A DNA stretch of 33,618 nucleotides from Sulfurimonadaceae bacterium. GTDB taxonomy: Bacteria; Campylobacterota; Campylobacteria; Campylobacterales; Sulfurimonadaceae. The DNA lies in NCBI GenBank assembly GCA_041562555.1, contig JBFEXS010000013.1:1-33618 (forward strand), in the 5' to 3' direction. Every line of letters starts with the position of its first letter. The first letter of the stretch is position 1. The translations under genes were made by a program, and so were the position numbers. The notes under the pieces are model-generated. The model saw nothing but the letters and a program-made list of their open reading frames with translations. It ran no database searches and was not told the DNA's origin. Below, piece by piece: positions 7,645 to 16,812 of the stretch.

Positions 7645-8760
7645 ATGCGAAATATCAAAGATCTTCATAAATACTCTCAAAACCTAAATGTCTTGTATGT
7701 CGAAGATGATGTCAATCTGCGGAACGAGACGGAAACCCTTTTTAAAATGCTTTTTAAAAATATCGATACCGCCAGCGACGGGAAGGATGGTCTCGAGAAA
7801 TACAACAATAACCTCTATGATCTTGTCATATCCGATATTAACATGCCTGTGATGAACGGTATAGAGATGTGTAAACAGATCAAAGAGATTAACCCTGAAC
7901 AGAAGATCTCCATTGTCTCTGCCCATGATGAATCACATATCTTGATGGATCTTATAAAAGCCGGTGCCGACGGTTTTATATTGAAACCTATGCATATGGA
8001 TGAGATGGTTACCGCCCTCTATCCTGTGTGCAGGGACGCATATACCCAGATTATCAATATTGAACTGGTCAATGAACTGAATGAGAAGAACCGTCTCTTG
8101 GAACAGCAGATCAAAGAACTGCGCAGCAAGAGTAATGCTATTGAGACAAAACACAATCAGCTTGATGAACTGATCCAGGAAAAGAAACGCTACGAAGAGT
8201 CTGTTAATGAATCTTCCCAAAGTGTTGTACATGAGCCTGTTACGGAGACAGTACCGAAGGTCGATGTAAAAGTATTAGATGAATATTTTCAGGAAGATGA
8301 GGATGAAGGCGATGAGAATGTCCTCTTTTTAAGTGATCACTGTGCCGACCTGACAGAGATGTTCACCGAGATCCCTGAGATCATTTCCGCATACGAGCTT
8401 GAGGCGAATCCTGCCGAGATTCAGAAGATCAGTAAAAACCTGGCAAAAGCATCTTCCATTCTTATGTACTATTCACCCTATTTAGACATGCTGGCAAGTA
8501 ATTTCTCTGAACTCGCTGTCGTGATGGAAAACCATATGGACGCCTTTATCGAGATCATGAACATAGATCCGCAAAGTGTCCTTATGCTCTTCGACGCTGT
8601 GAGCGCGGACATGGAACGTTATGTGGAGAGGTTTTCTGTAGAGAGTCTTGCCATGAAGAACTCACACCATATACATGAGCCCACTGCCTTGAGTATCCAG
8701 CAGATCATCACAATGATCGTACCTCCGGCAGAAGATGAAGGTGATATGGAGTTTTTTTAA
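7645..8760 (+). CDS. Orphan response regulator: receiver domain, coiled coil and uncharacterised helical C-terminal domain
   Basis: VLYVEDD, DLVISDINMPVMNG, SAHD, FILKP receiver motifs; heptad-rich linker; no recognisable HTH; acidic tail EDEGDMEFF. Confidence 0.88.
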   Translation: MRNIKDLHKYSQNLNVLYVEDDVNLRNETETLFKMLFKNIDTASDGKDGLEKYNNNLYDLVISDINMPVMNGIEMCKQIKEINPEQKISIVSAHDESHILMDLIKAGADGFILKPMHMDEMVTALYPVCRDAYTQIINIELVNELNEKNRLLEQQIKELRSKSNAIETKHNQLDELIQEKKRYEESVNESSQSVVHEPVTETVPKVDVKVLDEYFQEDEDEGDENVLFLSDHCADLTEMFTEIPEIISAYELEANPAEIQKISKNLAKASSILMYYSPYLDMLASNFSELAVVMENHMDAFIEIMNIDPQSVLMLFDAVSADMERYVERFSVESLAMKNSHHIHEPTALSIQQIITMIVPPAEDEGDMEFF

Positions 8761-9581
8761 AAACTCTCTATCTTATCCACTACCTGTTTGATGATCCAGT
8801 CCGGTGTCGACGCACCGGCACTGATACCACACTCTTTTTTCCCCTCAAACCATGAAGCTTCCAGATCGTCCGGCCCTTCAACAAGATATGAGTCCGGACA
8901 AGCCTCTTTGGAAATGGAGTGCAGCTGTTTGGTATTGGATGAGTTCTTTCCTCCGATAATCACCATGACATCCGTATCTTTTGAGAGTTTGCGTACTGCA
9001 TCTTGATTATCAAAGGTGGCATTACAGATCGTATTGAAGACGCGTACCTCTTTATGCTTGCGCATAAGATAGTTACATACCTTCATAAACTCTTCGACCT
9101 TACGCGTTGTCTGGGCTACAACAGCGATCTTTTCATAAAAGAACTTGCCTTCCAACTCTTCTGCCGATTCAACCACAGTTGCACCATGTTCAGCGTATGA
9201 CATCACTCCTTTGATCTCCGGGTGGTTGGCATCTCCAAAGATGACAATATCATATCCCTCTTTACTCATCTCCTCACAGATCTGCTGAGGCTTTGTAACA
9301 TACGGACAGGTGGCATCAATGACATCGACTCCTTTTTGTTTCAAAGAAGCCAGTTCACCTTTTGGAATACCGTGCGTACGGATAACCGCCTTGTCCCCTT
9401 CTTTGAAGGTCGAGATATCCTCAACCAAAGACACCTGGAAGTCTTCCTTCAGACGGTCGATCTCTTTTCCATTATGAATAAGCGGACCGTAAGTAGCTGA
9501 ACCCACATTCTCTTCGGCAATCTTGATCGCGCGTTTGACACCAAAACAGAAACCATAATTTTCAGCCAATGTTACATTCAT
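8757..9581 (-). CDS. ispH: 4-hydroxy-3-methylbut-2-enyl diphosphate reductase
   Basis: GFCFGVKRA, LIHN, IRTHG, DATCPYV, HPE, AQTT, TICNAT, SSNT, SAGASTP. Confidence 0.97.
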   Translation of the reverse strand: MNVTLAENYGFCFGVKRAIKIAEENVGSATYGPLIHNGKEIDRLKEDFQVSLVEDISTFKEGDKAVIRTHGIPKGELASLKQKGVDVIDATCPYVTKPQQICEEMSKEGYDIVIFGDANHPEIKGVMSYAEHGATVVESAEELEGKFFYEKIAVVAQTTRKVEEFMKVCNYLMRKHKEVRVFNTICNATFDNQDAVRKLSKDTDVMVIIGGKNSSNTKQLHSISKEACPDSYLVEGPDDLEASWFEGKKECGISAGASTPDWIIKQVVDKIESF

Positions 9582-9590
9582 CTTATACTC

Positions 9591-10874
9591 CTAGAGTTCT
9601 ACTTGTGTGATCTGCTTTAATATATCGAAAAAATTTGGAAATGAGGTCTGAATACACTCAATATCCTCGATCTTCATCCCGCATCTAAGTCCCGCGATCG
9701 CGAAACTCATCGCGATTCGATGATCTCCATAGGAATTGATCAATGCGGGCTGAAGCGTACCGCCGGTGACGGTATAGCCATCCTCATATTCCGTTGTCTT
9801 GATATCACAATGATTGAGATTATTGACAACGCTGGAGATTCTATCCGACTCCTTGACACGCAACTCTTCCGCATTTTTAATCTCAGACGTCCCTTCCGCA
9901 CACGCCATAGCAATTGAGAGTGCAGGCAGTTCGTCGATCAGCCACGAGATATTCTCTTCCACCGTAATCGCCTTTAAGGGAGCATATTTTACATGGATAT
10001 CCCCGATAGGTTCATATTTTTCATCCTTCAGATCATAACGTATCTGCGTACCCATACGTTCTAAAGCCTTAAAGGCTTCTATACGGGTAGGATTGAACGT
10101 CACGCCTTCGATCACGACTTCAGAGCCCGGTGTGATAGCTGCTGCAACGGCAAAGAAAAAAGCCGACGAAGGATCCGCCGGTACACGGATATGCAATGGT
10201 TCGAGCAGACCTTGTAATGGTTTGACCTTGGTCTGAAGACCATTGACCTCAAGTTCCGCTCCCATCCCTTTTAACATACGTTCCGTATGATCACGGGACA
10301 GTTCCGGTTCCGTATACGTACACTCACCATCTGCGGAAAGTGCTGCCAAGATCATAGCCGATTTGACTTGGGCCGATGCGATCTTTGACGTATATTCAAA
10401 GGCTTTTAACGAACCTCCGCGAATGCTCAAAGGAGCCAGGTTCCCATCCTCGCGTCCATCCAAAAAAGCACCTATGTCTTTCAAAGGTTGTGTCACGCGC
10501 TTCATCGGTCGACGTTTCAGATATTCATCTCCGGTCAGAACAAAATGCCCTTTTGCCGAAGCCAAAAGACCACAGAACAAACGCATTCCCGTACCTGAAT
10601 TACCACAATCCAAGATATCGAAAGGCTCTTGTATCCCTTCAGAACTGATACGAAGAACACCTCCTTCATCTTCTACTTTCGCACCCAGGTCTTTAACGAT
10701 CTGAAGTGTGTTCATCGTGTCCTCGGCCCGTAAAAAGTTTTCAACTACCGATTCACCCCTTGCCAAGAGTGCAAACATCGCTGAACGGTGGGAGATCGAT
10801 TTGTCCGGTGCGATACTATCGCAACGAAGCGTAAACCCCTCTCTCATAGTATAGATCGTGGCTGTACTCATCAT
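9591..10874 (-). CDS. aroA: 3-phosphoshikimate 1-carboxyvinyltransferase (EPSP synthase)
   Basis: [45 protein letters not shown]. Confidence 0.97.
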   Translation of the reverse strand: MMSTATIYTMREGFTLRCDSIAPDKSISHRSAMFALLARGESVVENFLRAEDTMNTLQIVKDLGAKVEDEGGVLRISSEGIQEPFDILDCGNSGTGMRLFCGLLASAKGHFVLTGDEYLKRRPMKRVTQPLKDIGAFLDGREDGNLAPLSIRGGSLKAFEYTSKIASAQVKSAMILAALSADGECTYTEPELSRDHTERMLKGMGAELEVNGLQTKVKPLQGLLEPLHIRVPADPSSAFFFAVAAAITPGSEVVIEGVTFNPTRIEAFKALERMGTQIRYDLKDEKYEPIGDIHVKYAPLKAITVEENISWLIDELPALSIAMACAEGTSEIKNAEELRVKESDRISSVVNNLNHCDIKTTEYEDGYTVTGGTLQPALINSYGDHRIAMSFAIAGLRCGMKIEDIECIQTSFPNFFDILKQITQVEL

Positions 10875-13201
10875 CGTAATGCGATCCCCAGTTTTTCATT
10901 CAGTGCCTGTAACACAGAGTCCATCGATGAAGTGATATCCTCTTCTTCAAGTGTCTTCTCGTTTGATTGAAGCATAAAACGCAAGGTCAGACTCATATTG
11001 TCTCCCAGCTCTTCACTCTCATAGGTGTCTACAGGATAAAATCGGACCAACTCCTCACTCTTTGCCTCGTCAATAACCTTTCTAAGCTCCGCAAACTTCA
11101 GCTCTTTTGGAATCACAACAGAAAGGTCTCTGTATGAGGCCTGGTATTTCGAATACGGAGAAAAGACATCAAGACCATACTTGAGGCTGTCAAAACTAAG
11201 TTCACACAGATATGTCCCATCCAGGTCATACTCTTTTTGTATACTTGGATGAAGTTTGAACAATGTACCGATCACCATCTCGTCAACAACGATCTGTGCA
11301 CTCTGATACGGATGTGCAAGAGCATGCTTCAATTCTGTCTGGCGCAGTTCAAAATCACCGATCACATCAGCAACTTTCTGTACAAAACCTGCAAAACCGA
11401 TCTCTTCGGGTTTACCGTGATTTTCGATACTTTCACTCTGTGCCTGACCAGAGAAGGAAAAAGCCATGTTGATCGATTCATTGCGCTGAGTATCAAAGAC
11501 AGATCCCACTTCAAAAAGCTTGACCTGTTTACGTCCGGCTTTCATATTGGCACTGGAAGCTTCAAGAAGCCCAAGCAGCAATGTTGAACGCAATGTATCC
11601 AAAGTACCCGCAATCGGATTTAATAAATCCAATTTCTCTTCCACTACATCAAAGCCATATTCGACCAGTTTTGCTCTTTCGTTAAAGACAAAGTGGACGG
11701 ACTCAAAGAAACCGCAATCTGCGGCACGTTGACGATAATATTTACGTTTCGCAAAGAAGCCGCTTGCATCATCTTCATGGGGTTTTTCCGTGAAAGAATA
11801 CGCTTTGGACGGGATATTGTCAATTCCGATCAGACGTACGATTTCCTCGACAATATCCTGATCATGGGAGACATCATGCCTGAACTGAGGTACACCGACG
11901 ACGATCTGTCCCGCTTGAGACTTCAACATGCTAAACCCAAGGTTTTTAAGAAGCTGCGTAACATGTGTCTTGTCTACTTCCATACCGATGATATTGTTAA
12001 TATCATCAATGCTCATATGAAGTACATTCTCTTCATACGCTGATGTAAGCTCCAAAGTTCCGCCGTACACATCCGTCTTGGCATAGGTGTTAAAAAGCTC
12101 CTGGCAATACTCAAGTCCAAACTCAAGATTCGGCTCGGAACCACGAGAAGTCCGATAAAAGAGTGGACCGTTTTCAATCTTATGTTCGGCCATCTTACGT
12201 GAGATCGTATCCGGATGAATATACGAAGCCTCGATAATAACGATCTCATCGTCCGGGTTAACACGAGAACTGTCATATTGAATGATCCCGATCGTGGAAG
12301 CTTTTTCATTTCCTCTCGTGACGATATATCCGTTTTCATCTTCTTCAATACTGATCTGGGCTTTCTCCTGAGACACAGGAAAGGCTGAATAGCCGTAGGC
12401 ACGCAGGATAACGCCTGAACTATAGGTAGCATAAAACAACAGTGCATCAATAGCCGAGCGGCATTCTTCCTCAAGCATAGCCATACGAAGACGCAGGATC
12501 AATGGAAGGGTGAACTCGTTTTGTTTCACTGCCTTATACATCAGATTGACATCCGTCTTCTTTGTATGAACAAGTTGGAGTATACGGCCGATACCGATCT
12601 GCTTCTCTTCCGCCACGGACTGCTCGCGCTCTTGCAATTCGATATCATAGGCAGCTGAAAGGTCACGTGCCACTCCATTGATGCTCAAACAGTCACCTCG
12701 GTTTGCTGTCAACTCCAGTTCGATCAATTCATCATTCAAATACGGGTTCTCACATAATTCAGCCCCTAGTTTGAGTTCACCGATACTCTCATCCAGGATC
12801 ATGATCCCGTCTTCCAAAGCAGGAAGGCCCAACTCCGTTGATGAACAGATCATCCCAACAGACTCAATGCCACGCAGTTCAACCGGTTTGATCTTCAGAC
12901 CGCCCGGCATCTCTGCACCGATAGTCGCAACAGCCACATGAATACCTGCACGGACATTGGATGCACCACAGACGATCTGACGCACTGCTGTACCGATATC
13001 CACCTGACAGATATTCAGTTTTGTTGCATCCGGGTGCTTTTCACATTCCAATACCTTACCGATGACGATCTTAGGCGGAACCGAGAAGACTTCATGCCTG
13101 TCTACTTCAAGTCCGATGGCGTTAAATGTCTTACAAAGCTCTTCACCGCTTTTATCTTCGATATCGATCCATTCATTCAACCAGCTTTTTGTAATAATCA
13201 T
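10871..13201 (-). CDS. pheT: Phenylalanine--tRNA ligase beta subunit
   Basis: [34 protein letters not shown]-terminal RDLSVV anticodon-binding domain; overlaps pheS. Confidence 0.96.
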   Translation of the reverse strand: MIITKSWLNEWIDIEDKSGEELCKTFNAIGLEVDRHEVFSVPPKIVIGKVLECEKHPDATKLNICQVDIGTAVRQIVCGASNVRAGIHVAVATIGAEMPGGLKIKPVELRGIESVGMICSSTELGLPALEDGIMILDESIGELKLGAELCENPYLNDELIELELTANRGDCLSINGVARDLSAAYDIELQEREQSVAEEKQIGIGRILQLVHTKKTDVNLMYKAVKQNEFTLPLILRLRMAMLEEECRSAIDALLFYATYSSGVILRAYGYSAFPVSQEKAQISIEEDENGYIVTRGNEKASTIGIIQYDSSRVNPDDEIVIIEASYIHPDTISRKMAEHKIENGPLFYRTSRGSEPNLEFGLEYCQELFNTYAKTDVYGGTLELTSAYEENVLHMSIDDINNIIGMEVDKTHVTQLLKNLGFSMLKSQAGQIVVGVPQFRHDVSHDQDIVEEIVRLIGIDNIPSKAYSFTEKPHEDDASGFFAKRKYYRQRAADCGFFESVHFVFNERAKLVEYGFDVVEEKLDLLNPIAGTLDTLRSTLLLGLLEASSANMKAGRKQVKLFEVGSVFDTQRNESINMAFSFSGQAQSESIENHGKPEEIGFAGFVQKVADVIGDFELRQTELKHALAHPYQSAQIVVDEMVIGTLFKLHPSIQKEYDLDGTYLCELSFDSLKYGLDVFSPYSKYQASYRDLSVVIPKELKFAELRKVIDEAKSEELVRFYPVDTYESEELGDNMSLTLRFMLQSNEKTLEEEDITSSMDSVLQALNEKLGIALR

Positions 13202-14190
13202 CTAAATTGCTCCAATAGTCTTACATCACCCTCAAATAGTGATCTTAAATCAGGGATCTGATGAATCAACATCGCAAAACGCTCAATACCCAGACCGAAG
13301 GCATATCCACTCACCTCTTCATAACCCACCGCTTCAAATACATTCGGGTCAACAATACCGCAACCAAGGACTTCCAACCAACCTGTTTTAGAACACACGC
13401 GACAACCGTCTCCTCCACAGAAAATACAGGAGATATCCACTTCCGCAGAAGGTTCTGTAAATGGGAAAAACGACGGACGGAACCGTACATCCACATCCCC
13501 GAACATATGGTGCAAGAACCCTTCAAGAATAAACTTCAGGTTGGCAAAAGAGACTTTGCCTTTTTCATCCACCAGCAATCCTTCGATCTGATGAAACATC
13601 GGTGTATGTGTGATATCAAAATCACGTCTGAAGACCGAACCCGGAGCGATCATACGAATCGGCGGTTGTGTCTTCATCATCGTTCGGATCTGCACAGGCG
13701 AAGTATGGGTACGTAAAAGTGTCTCGTCTTTGAAATAAAAGGTGTCTTGCATATCACGTGCAGGATGATATTTTGGAAGGTTAAGGGCTTCAAAGTTATG
13801 GAAGTCATCTTCTACCATCGGACCCGTTTCAACGGAAAAGTTAAGATTTGAGAAATACTCGATGACTCTGTCCATCGTATCCATGACCGGATGCGTCGCT
13901 CCGCGGTCACTCTTGGGGGAGAAAAGAGAGACATCAATCCCTTCAGCTTTCATCGCCTCTTTAAGAGCTTGTGTCTCTAAAATTACTTTTTTCTCATTTA
14001 ACAATGTATTGAGCTTTGCTTTTTGCTCGTTCAACTCTTTGGCTATGCGTGCCTTATCTTCATTTGCTGCATTCTTCATCTCAGCAAAGGCTTTTGCAAG
14101 TACACCTTTTTTACCAAAGATACCAACACGAATCTCCTCTATCGCGGCAGGAGAGTCGGCTGATTCAATTTTTTCTATCCACTCGGTCAA
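13198..14190 (-). CDS. pheS: Phenylalanine--tRNA ligase alpha subunit
   Basis: [50 protein letters not shown] start behind AAGGA. Confidence 0.97.
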   Translation of the reverse strand: MTEWIEKIESADSPAAIEEIRVGIFGKKGVLAKAFAEMKNAANEDKARIAKELNEQKAKLNTLLNEKKVILETQALKEAMKAEGIDVSLFSPKSDRGATHPVMDTMDRVIEYFSNLNFSVETGPMVEDDFHNFEALNLPKYHPARDMQDTFYFKDETLLRTHTSPVQIRTMMKTQPPIRMIAPGSVFRRDFDITHTPMFHQIEGLLVDEKGKVSFANLKFILEGFLHHMFGDVDVRFRPSFFPFTEPSAEVDISCIFCGGDGCRVCSKTGWLEVLGCGIVDPNVFEAVGYEEVSGYAFGLGIERFAMLIHQIPDLRSLFEGDVRLLEQFR

Positions 14191-14226
14191 TGTTGATCCT
14201 TAAATAGGGTTAATAATATTCCCGCG

Positions 14227-14232
14227 ATTATA
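14227..14232 (-). promoter_or_regulatory. Putative -10 (TATAAT) for the pheS operon
   Basis: Consensus hexamer about 37 nt upstream of the pheS start. Confidence 0.55.
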
Positions 14233-14347
14233 GGGAAAACTCTATTACAATCCGCTTTAATTAAGACAATAGTTCAATATTTACCTCCTTGTTTACGACT
14301 TTTCCCTCTTCAATCACTGCTATATGCATACACAAAACTTTTTAGGT

Positions 14348-14353
14348 TATAAT
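14348..14353 (+). promoter_or_regulatory. Putative -10 (TATAAT) for the HIT gene
   Basis: Consensus hexamer 30 nt upstream of ATG 14383; AAGGA SD between them. Confidence 0.55.
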
Positions 14354-14382
14354 AATTAAAAAGAGTCAAGAAGGAAAATAAT

Positions 14383-14739
14383 ATGTGTATATTTTGTAAA
14401 ATCGTTAATGGTGAGCTTCCTGCGAACCTTGTCCATGAAACAGAGGATTTCATGGCTTTTCATGACCTAAACCCTAAAGCGCCGGCTCATATCCTTGCTA
14501 TCCCAAAACTTCATGTGGACAGCTTCAATGAGCTCACTCCCGAGACGATGGCAGGTATGACAACATTTATACAAGAGGTTGCCGACAAAGTAGGTATCAA
14601 AGAATCGGGGTATCGTGTCATCACCAATGTAGGGCATAATGGTGGTCAAGAGGTGAAACACCTTCACTGGCATGTACTCGGCGGTGCAAAACTGGCATGG
14701 GGACATTTCGCCGATGCAGACTCAAAGAACTTCCTGTAA
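14383..14739 (+). CDS. Histidine triad (HIT/HinT-family) nucleotide-binding protein
   Basis: MCIFCKI start, DLNPKAPAHIL, GQEVKHLHWH triad; divergent from pheS as in other Campylobacterota. Confidence 0.93.
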   Translation: MCIFCKIVNGELPANLVHETEDFMAFHDLNPKAPAHILAIPKLHVDSFNELTPETMAGMTTFIQEVADKVGIKESGYRVITNVGHNGGQEVKHLHWHVLGGAKLAWGHFADADSKNFL

Positions 14740-14816
14740 GTTTAATCACATTTCATGCTCTCTCAGGGAACTTCTCTCTGAGATATTCACCGAGTATGAC
14801 AGGCAAAAAGACTAGC

Positions 14817-14918
14817 CTACGGATTCTCACCCCACTTTCTGCCCTTAAAGAACTCAACTGCTTCAGCAACAAAGAAGATACCGAAAATCACTAATAACGT
14901 ATAAAAAATATAGGCCAT
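14817..14918 (-). CDS. Small 33-aa single-pass membrane protein (below the ORF-track cutoff)
   Basis: Hand translation: MAYIFYTLLVIFGIFFVAEAVEFFKGRKWGENP*. AGGGAG SD 7 nt before ATG; TATACT hexamer upstream. Confidence 0.65.
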   Translation of the reverse strand: MAYIFYTLLVIFGIFFVAEAVEFFKGRKWGENP

Positions 14919-15014
14919 ATATCACTCCCTTTAAAATCTAGGACAGTATAAACTATACTTAGAGTCTAAGGAAAAAATATTACATTTTTATAACTTTTTT
15001 CGTCAATATCCACT

Positions 15015-16157
15015 CTAGGGGATCAAATGTTCATAGCGTTCATCAGTCAATGTCTTCAAGAAAGCGACGATGGCTTCTTCATCCTGCTCACTCAGACCAA
15101 GAGCCCCCAATTCGTCCGTATTACGTAATGCATGAAACTCTCCCTCCTCCCACGTAGTGTTCGTCTCAGGATTCACTCCTCCAGTATCACGGGTATTATA
15201 AAAGTGAACAACTGTCTTGAGATCCTTGAATACGCCATTATGCATATAAGGAGCCGTCACTGCTATATTCCGTAGGGAAGAGACTTTAAATGCCCCTTGC
15301 AGATCACTGTCCTGCACTGCCGGATTTCCGTACAGTCCTACATCTTTGACCCCGCTTTGTCCGTTGGCAGTACGTAGATCATGATTAACGGGCACACCTA
15401 GGTTATCATACGAAAAGTCTGTAAAAAGCGGCTTATTATCCTCTGTAACAGCCGGATGACAAGCGCTACACATTGCTCCACCCGGATTTTCATCTGTAAA
15501 GAGTGCCAATCCCCTTGCTTCTGTCTGTGTCAATGTATATTCTCCTTTCAAATACCTGTCATATTTGGAATCAAAGCGGGAGAAACTGTCACTTTGTTCA
15601 AACCTTGCGATGGCATCAGCAAGCGCATCATAAGCCGCTGTATCATCATCAAATATATCACTTCCATAGAGACCTTCAAAGGCAAAAACATACGCACTGT
15701 TCTCTTTTACCCGTGCTATCACCGATGCGACAGTGGGCATTCCCATCTCTATCGGGTTTAAAAAAGGCCCTTTGGCTTGTTCTTTTAACGTTGCACTGCG
15801 TCCATCCAGAAACTGACCACCGATAAACAGACCCTCCTCTTCATCATAATGAAACTCAGGAGAAAAAGAGGCATAACCCGCTGTTGGTGCATTTCTATCT
15901 CCTATTGAGACCCCGTCATCACCTAGGGATGCTCCCAAGGTTTTACTCGTAGTACGAGGATCTATGAGCGCATTATCCAGACTATGACATGTCGCACAGG
16001 ACATCGTTTTATTTGCTGACAACGCACTATCATGATAGAGTCTCTCTCCGAGACTGACCTTACTTACACTTTCCAAATTATTATCACCGCCACAGCCCAA
16101 AAATGCCATTCCCATCACACTATAGGACACTATACGTTTAAACTTCATTTTCCACAT
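15015..16157 (-). CDS. Di-heme cytochrome c peroxidase superfamily (MauG-like) lipoprotein
   Basis: Lipobox FLGC; CATCH and CSACH heme motifs; RNAPT, GGQFLDGR, GPFLNPIEM, FKVSSLRN, PYMHNG, AFLKTLTD. The true start may be ATG 16148. Confidence 0.88.
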   Translation of the reverse strand: MWKMKFKRIVSYSVMGMAFLGCGGDNNLESVSKVSLGERLYHDSALSANKTMSCATCHSLDNALIDPRTTSKTLGASLGDDGVSIGDRNAPTAGYASFSPEFHYDEEEGLFIGGQFLDGRSATLKEQAKGPFLNPIEMGMPTVASVIARVKENSAYVFAFEGLYGSDIFDDDTAAYDALADAIARFEQSDSFSRFDSKYDRYLKGEYTLTQTEARGLALFTDENPGGAMCSACHPAVTEDNKPLFTDFSYDNLGVPVNHDLRTANGQSGVKDVGLYGNPAVQDSDLQGAFKVSSLRNIAVTAPYMHNGVFKDLKTVVHFYNTRDTGGVNPETNTTWEEGEFHALRNTDELGALGLSEQDEEAIVAFLKTLTDERYEHLIP

Positions 16158-16159
16158 TA

Positions 16160-16232
16160 TTGATTTTAATTATCAAGTGCAATTAAAGCAAAATGATTCT
16201 TAAATGATTATTATTTTGATAATTGTTTTCAA
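16160..16232. promoter_or_regulatory. Cluster of Fur/PerR-like boxes upstream of the MauG-like gene
   Basis: TTGATAATTAAAATCAA (minus strand, 16160-16176) and TTGATAATTGTTTTCAA (16216-16232), with tandem AAATGATT copies between them; resembles the TGATAATnATTATCA consensus. Confidence 0.6.
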
Positions 16233-16282
16233 TAAAGAGGTATTTGAGTGGACATGAGCTACGATATAAAAAGGCAAATATT

Positions 16283-16319
16283 AAAAAAGGAGTAAGTCTT
16301 CCCAGGAGGGAGGAAAGAC
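16283..16319 (-). terminator. Probable terminator after argH-osmC
   Basis: Minus-strand stem GUCUUUCC/GGGAAGAC immediately after the stop, followed by UUACUCCUUUUUU. Confidence 0.55.
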
Positions 16320-16784
16320 CTAGGAAGGGCAGCAACCTTCAAGTGCGCCGAAGTCAGGGGTGCTCTCGCCGGAGATGATTTCCGCTTTATCACGGATCTT
16401 TTTACCGTTGTGTGTGATCGAGTAAGTGATCTTCGTCACACCGCGAATCGTGTTAAGTGTTGAACAATAGGTCTCGATACTTGCCATTACCCAACGAGCA
16501 GCGATATCATCCTCAGCAGGTGAGTTAAAGCTATAATCCAAATGCAATGCATCAAATTTCTGAGGCATCTCCTCTGCACGGACAACATCCCCGTCAATGA
16601 CGAGATCTGTAACTTCTATCCCCTGCTTTTTCGGTACCATGACGATATCCGTTGCAGTACAACAGATGATGCCGGATAAAAAATACTCGATCGGACTGAT
16701 CGTTGGACAGTCAATGATAAATGAGGACTTTGAAGTTTTCGCTTCAAATTTCATCCCTTCTTGATGTGTGATAGTAACATTCAT
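16320..16784 (-). CDS. OsmC/Ohr-family protein
   Basis: SPIEYFLSGIICCT and ETYCS conserved Cys positions; AAGGA SD; C-terminal GCCPS. Confidence 0.8.
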   Translation of the reverse strand: MNVTITHQEGMKFEAKTSKSSFIIDCPTISPIEYFLSGIICCTATDIVMVPKKQGIEVTDLVIDGDVVRAEEMPQKFDALHLDYSFNSPAEDDIAARWVMASIETYCSTLNTIRGVTKITYSITHNGKKIRDKAEIISGESTPDFGALEGCCPS

Positions 16785-16812
16785 GTTTGTTTCCTTGTTA
16801 TAGATTTATGTT

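Noticed and set aside
14257..14277. pheM-like Phe attenuator peptide upstream of pheS
   Set aside because: MNYCLN has no Phe codons and no terminator follows it.
14697..14894. 65-aa plus-strand ORF after the HIT gene
   Set aside because: No SD and it overlaps the HIT gene; the minus-strand 33-aa ORF has much better signals.
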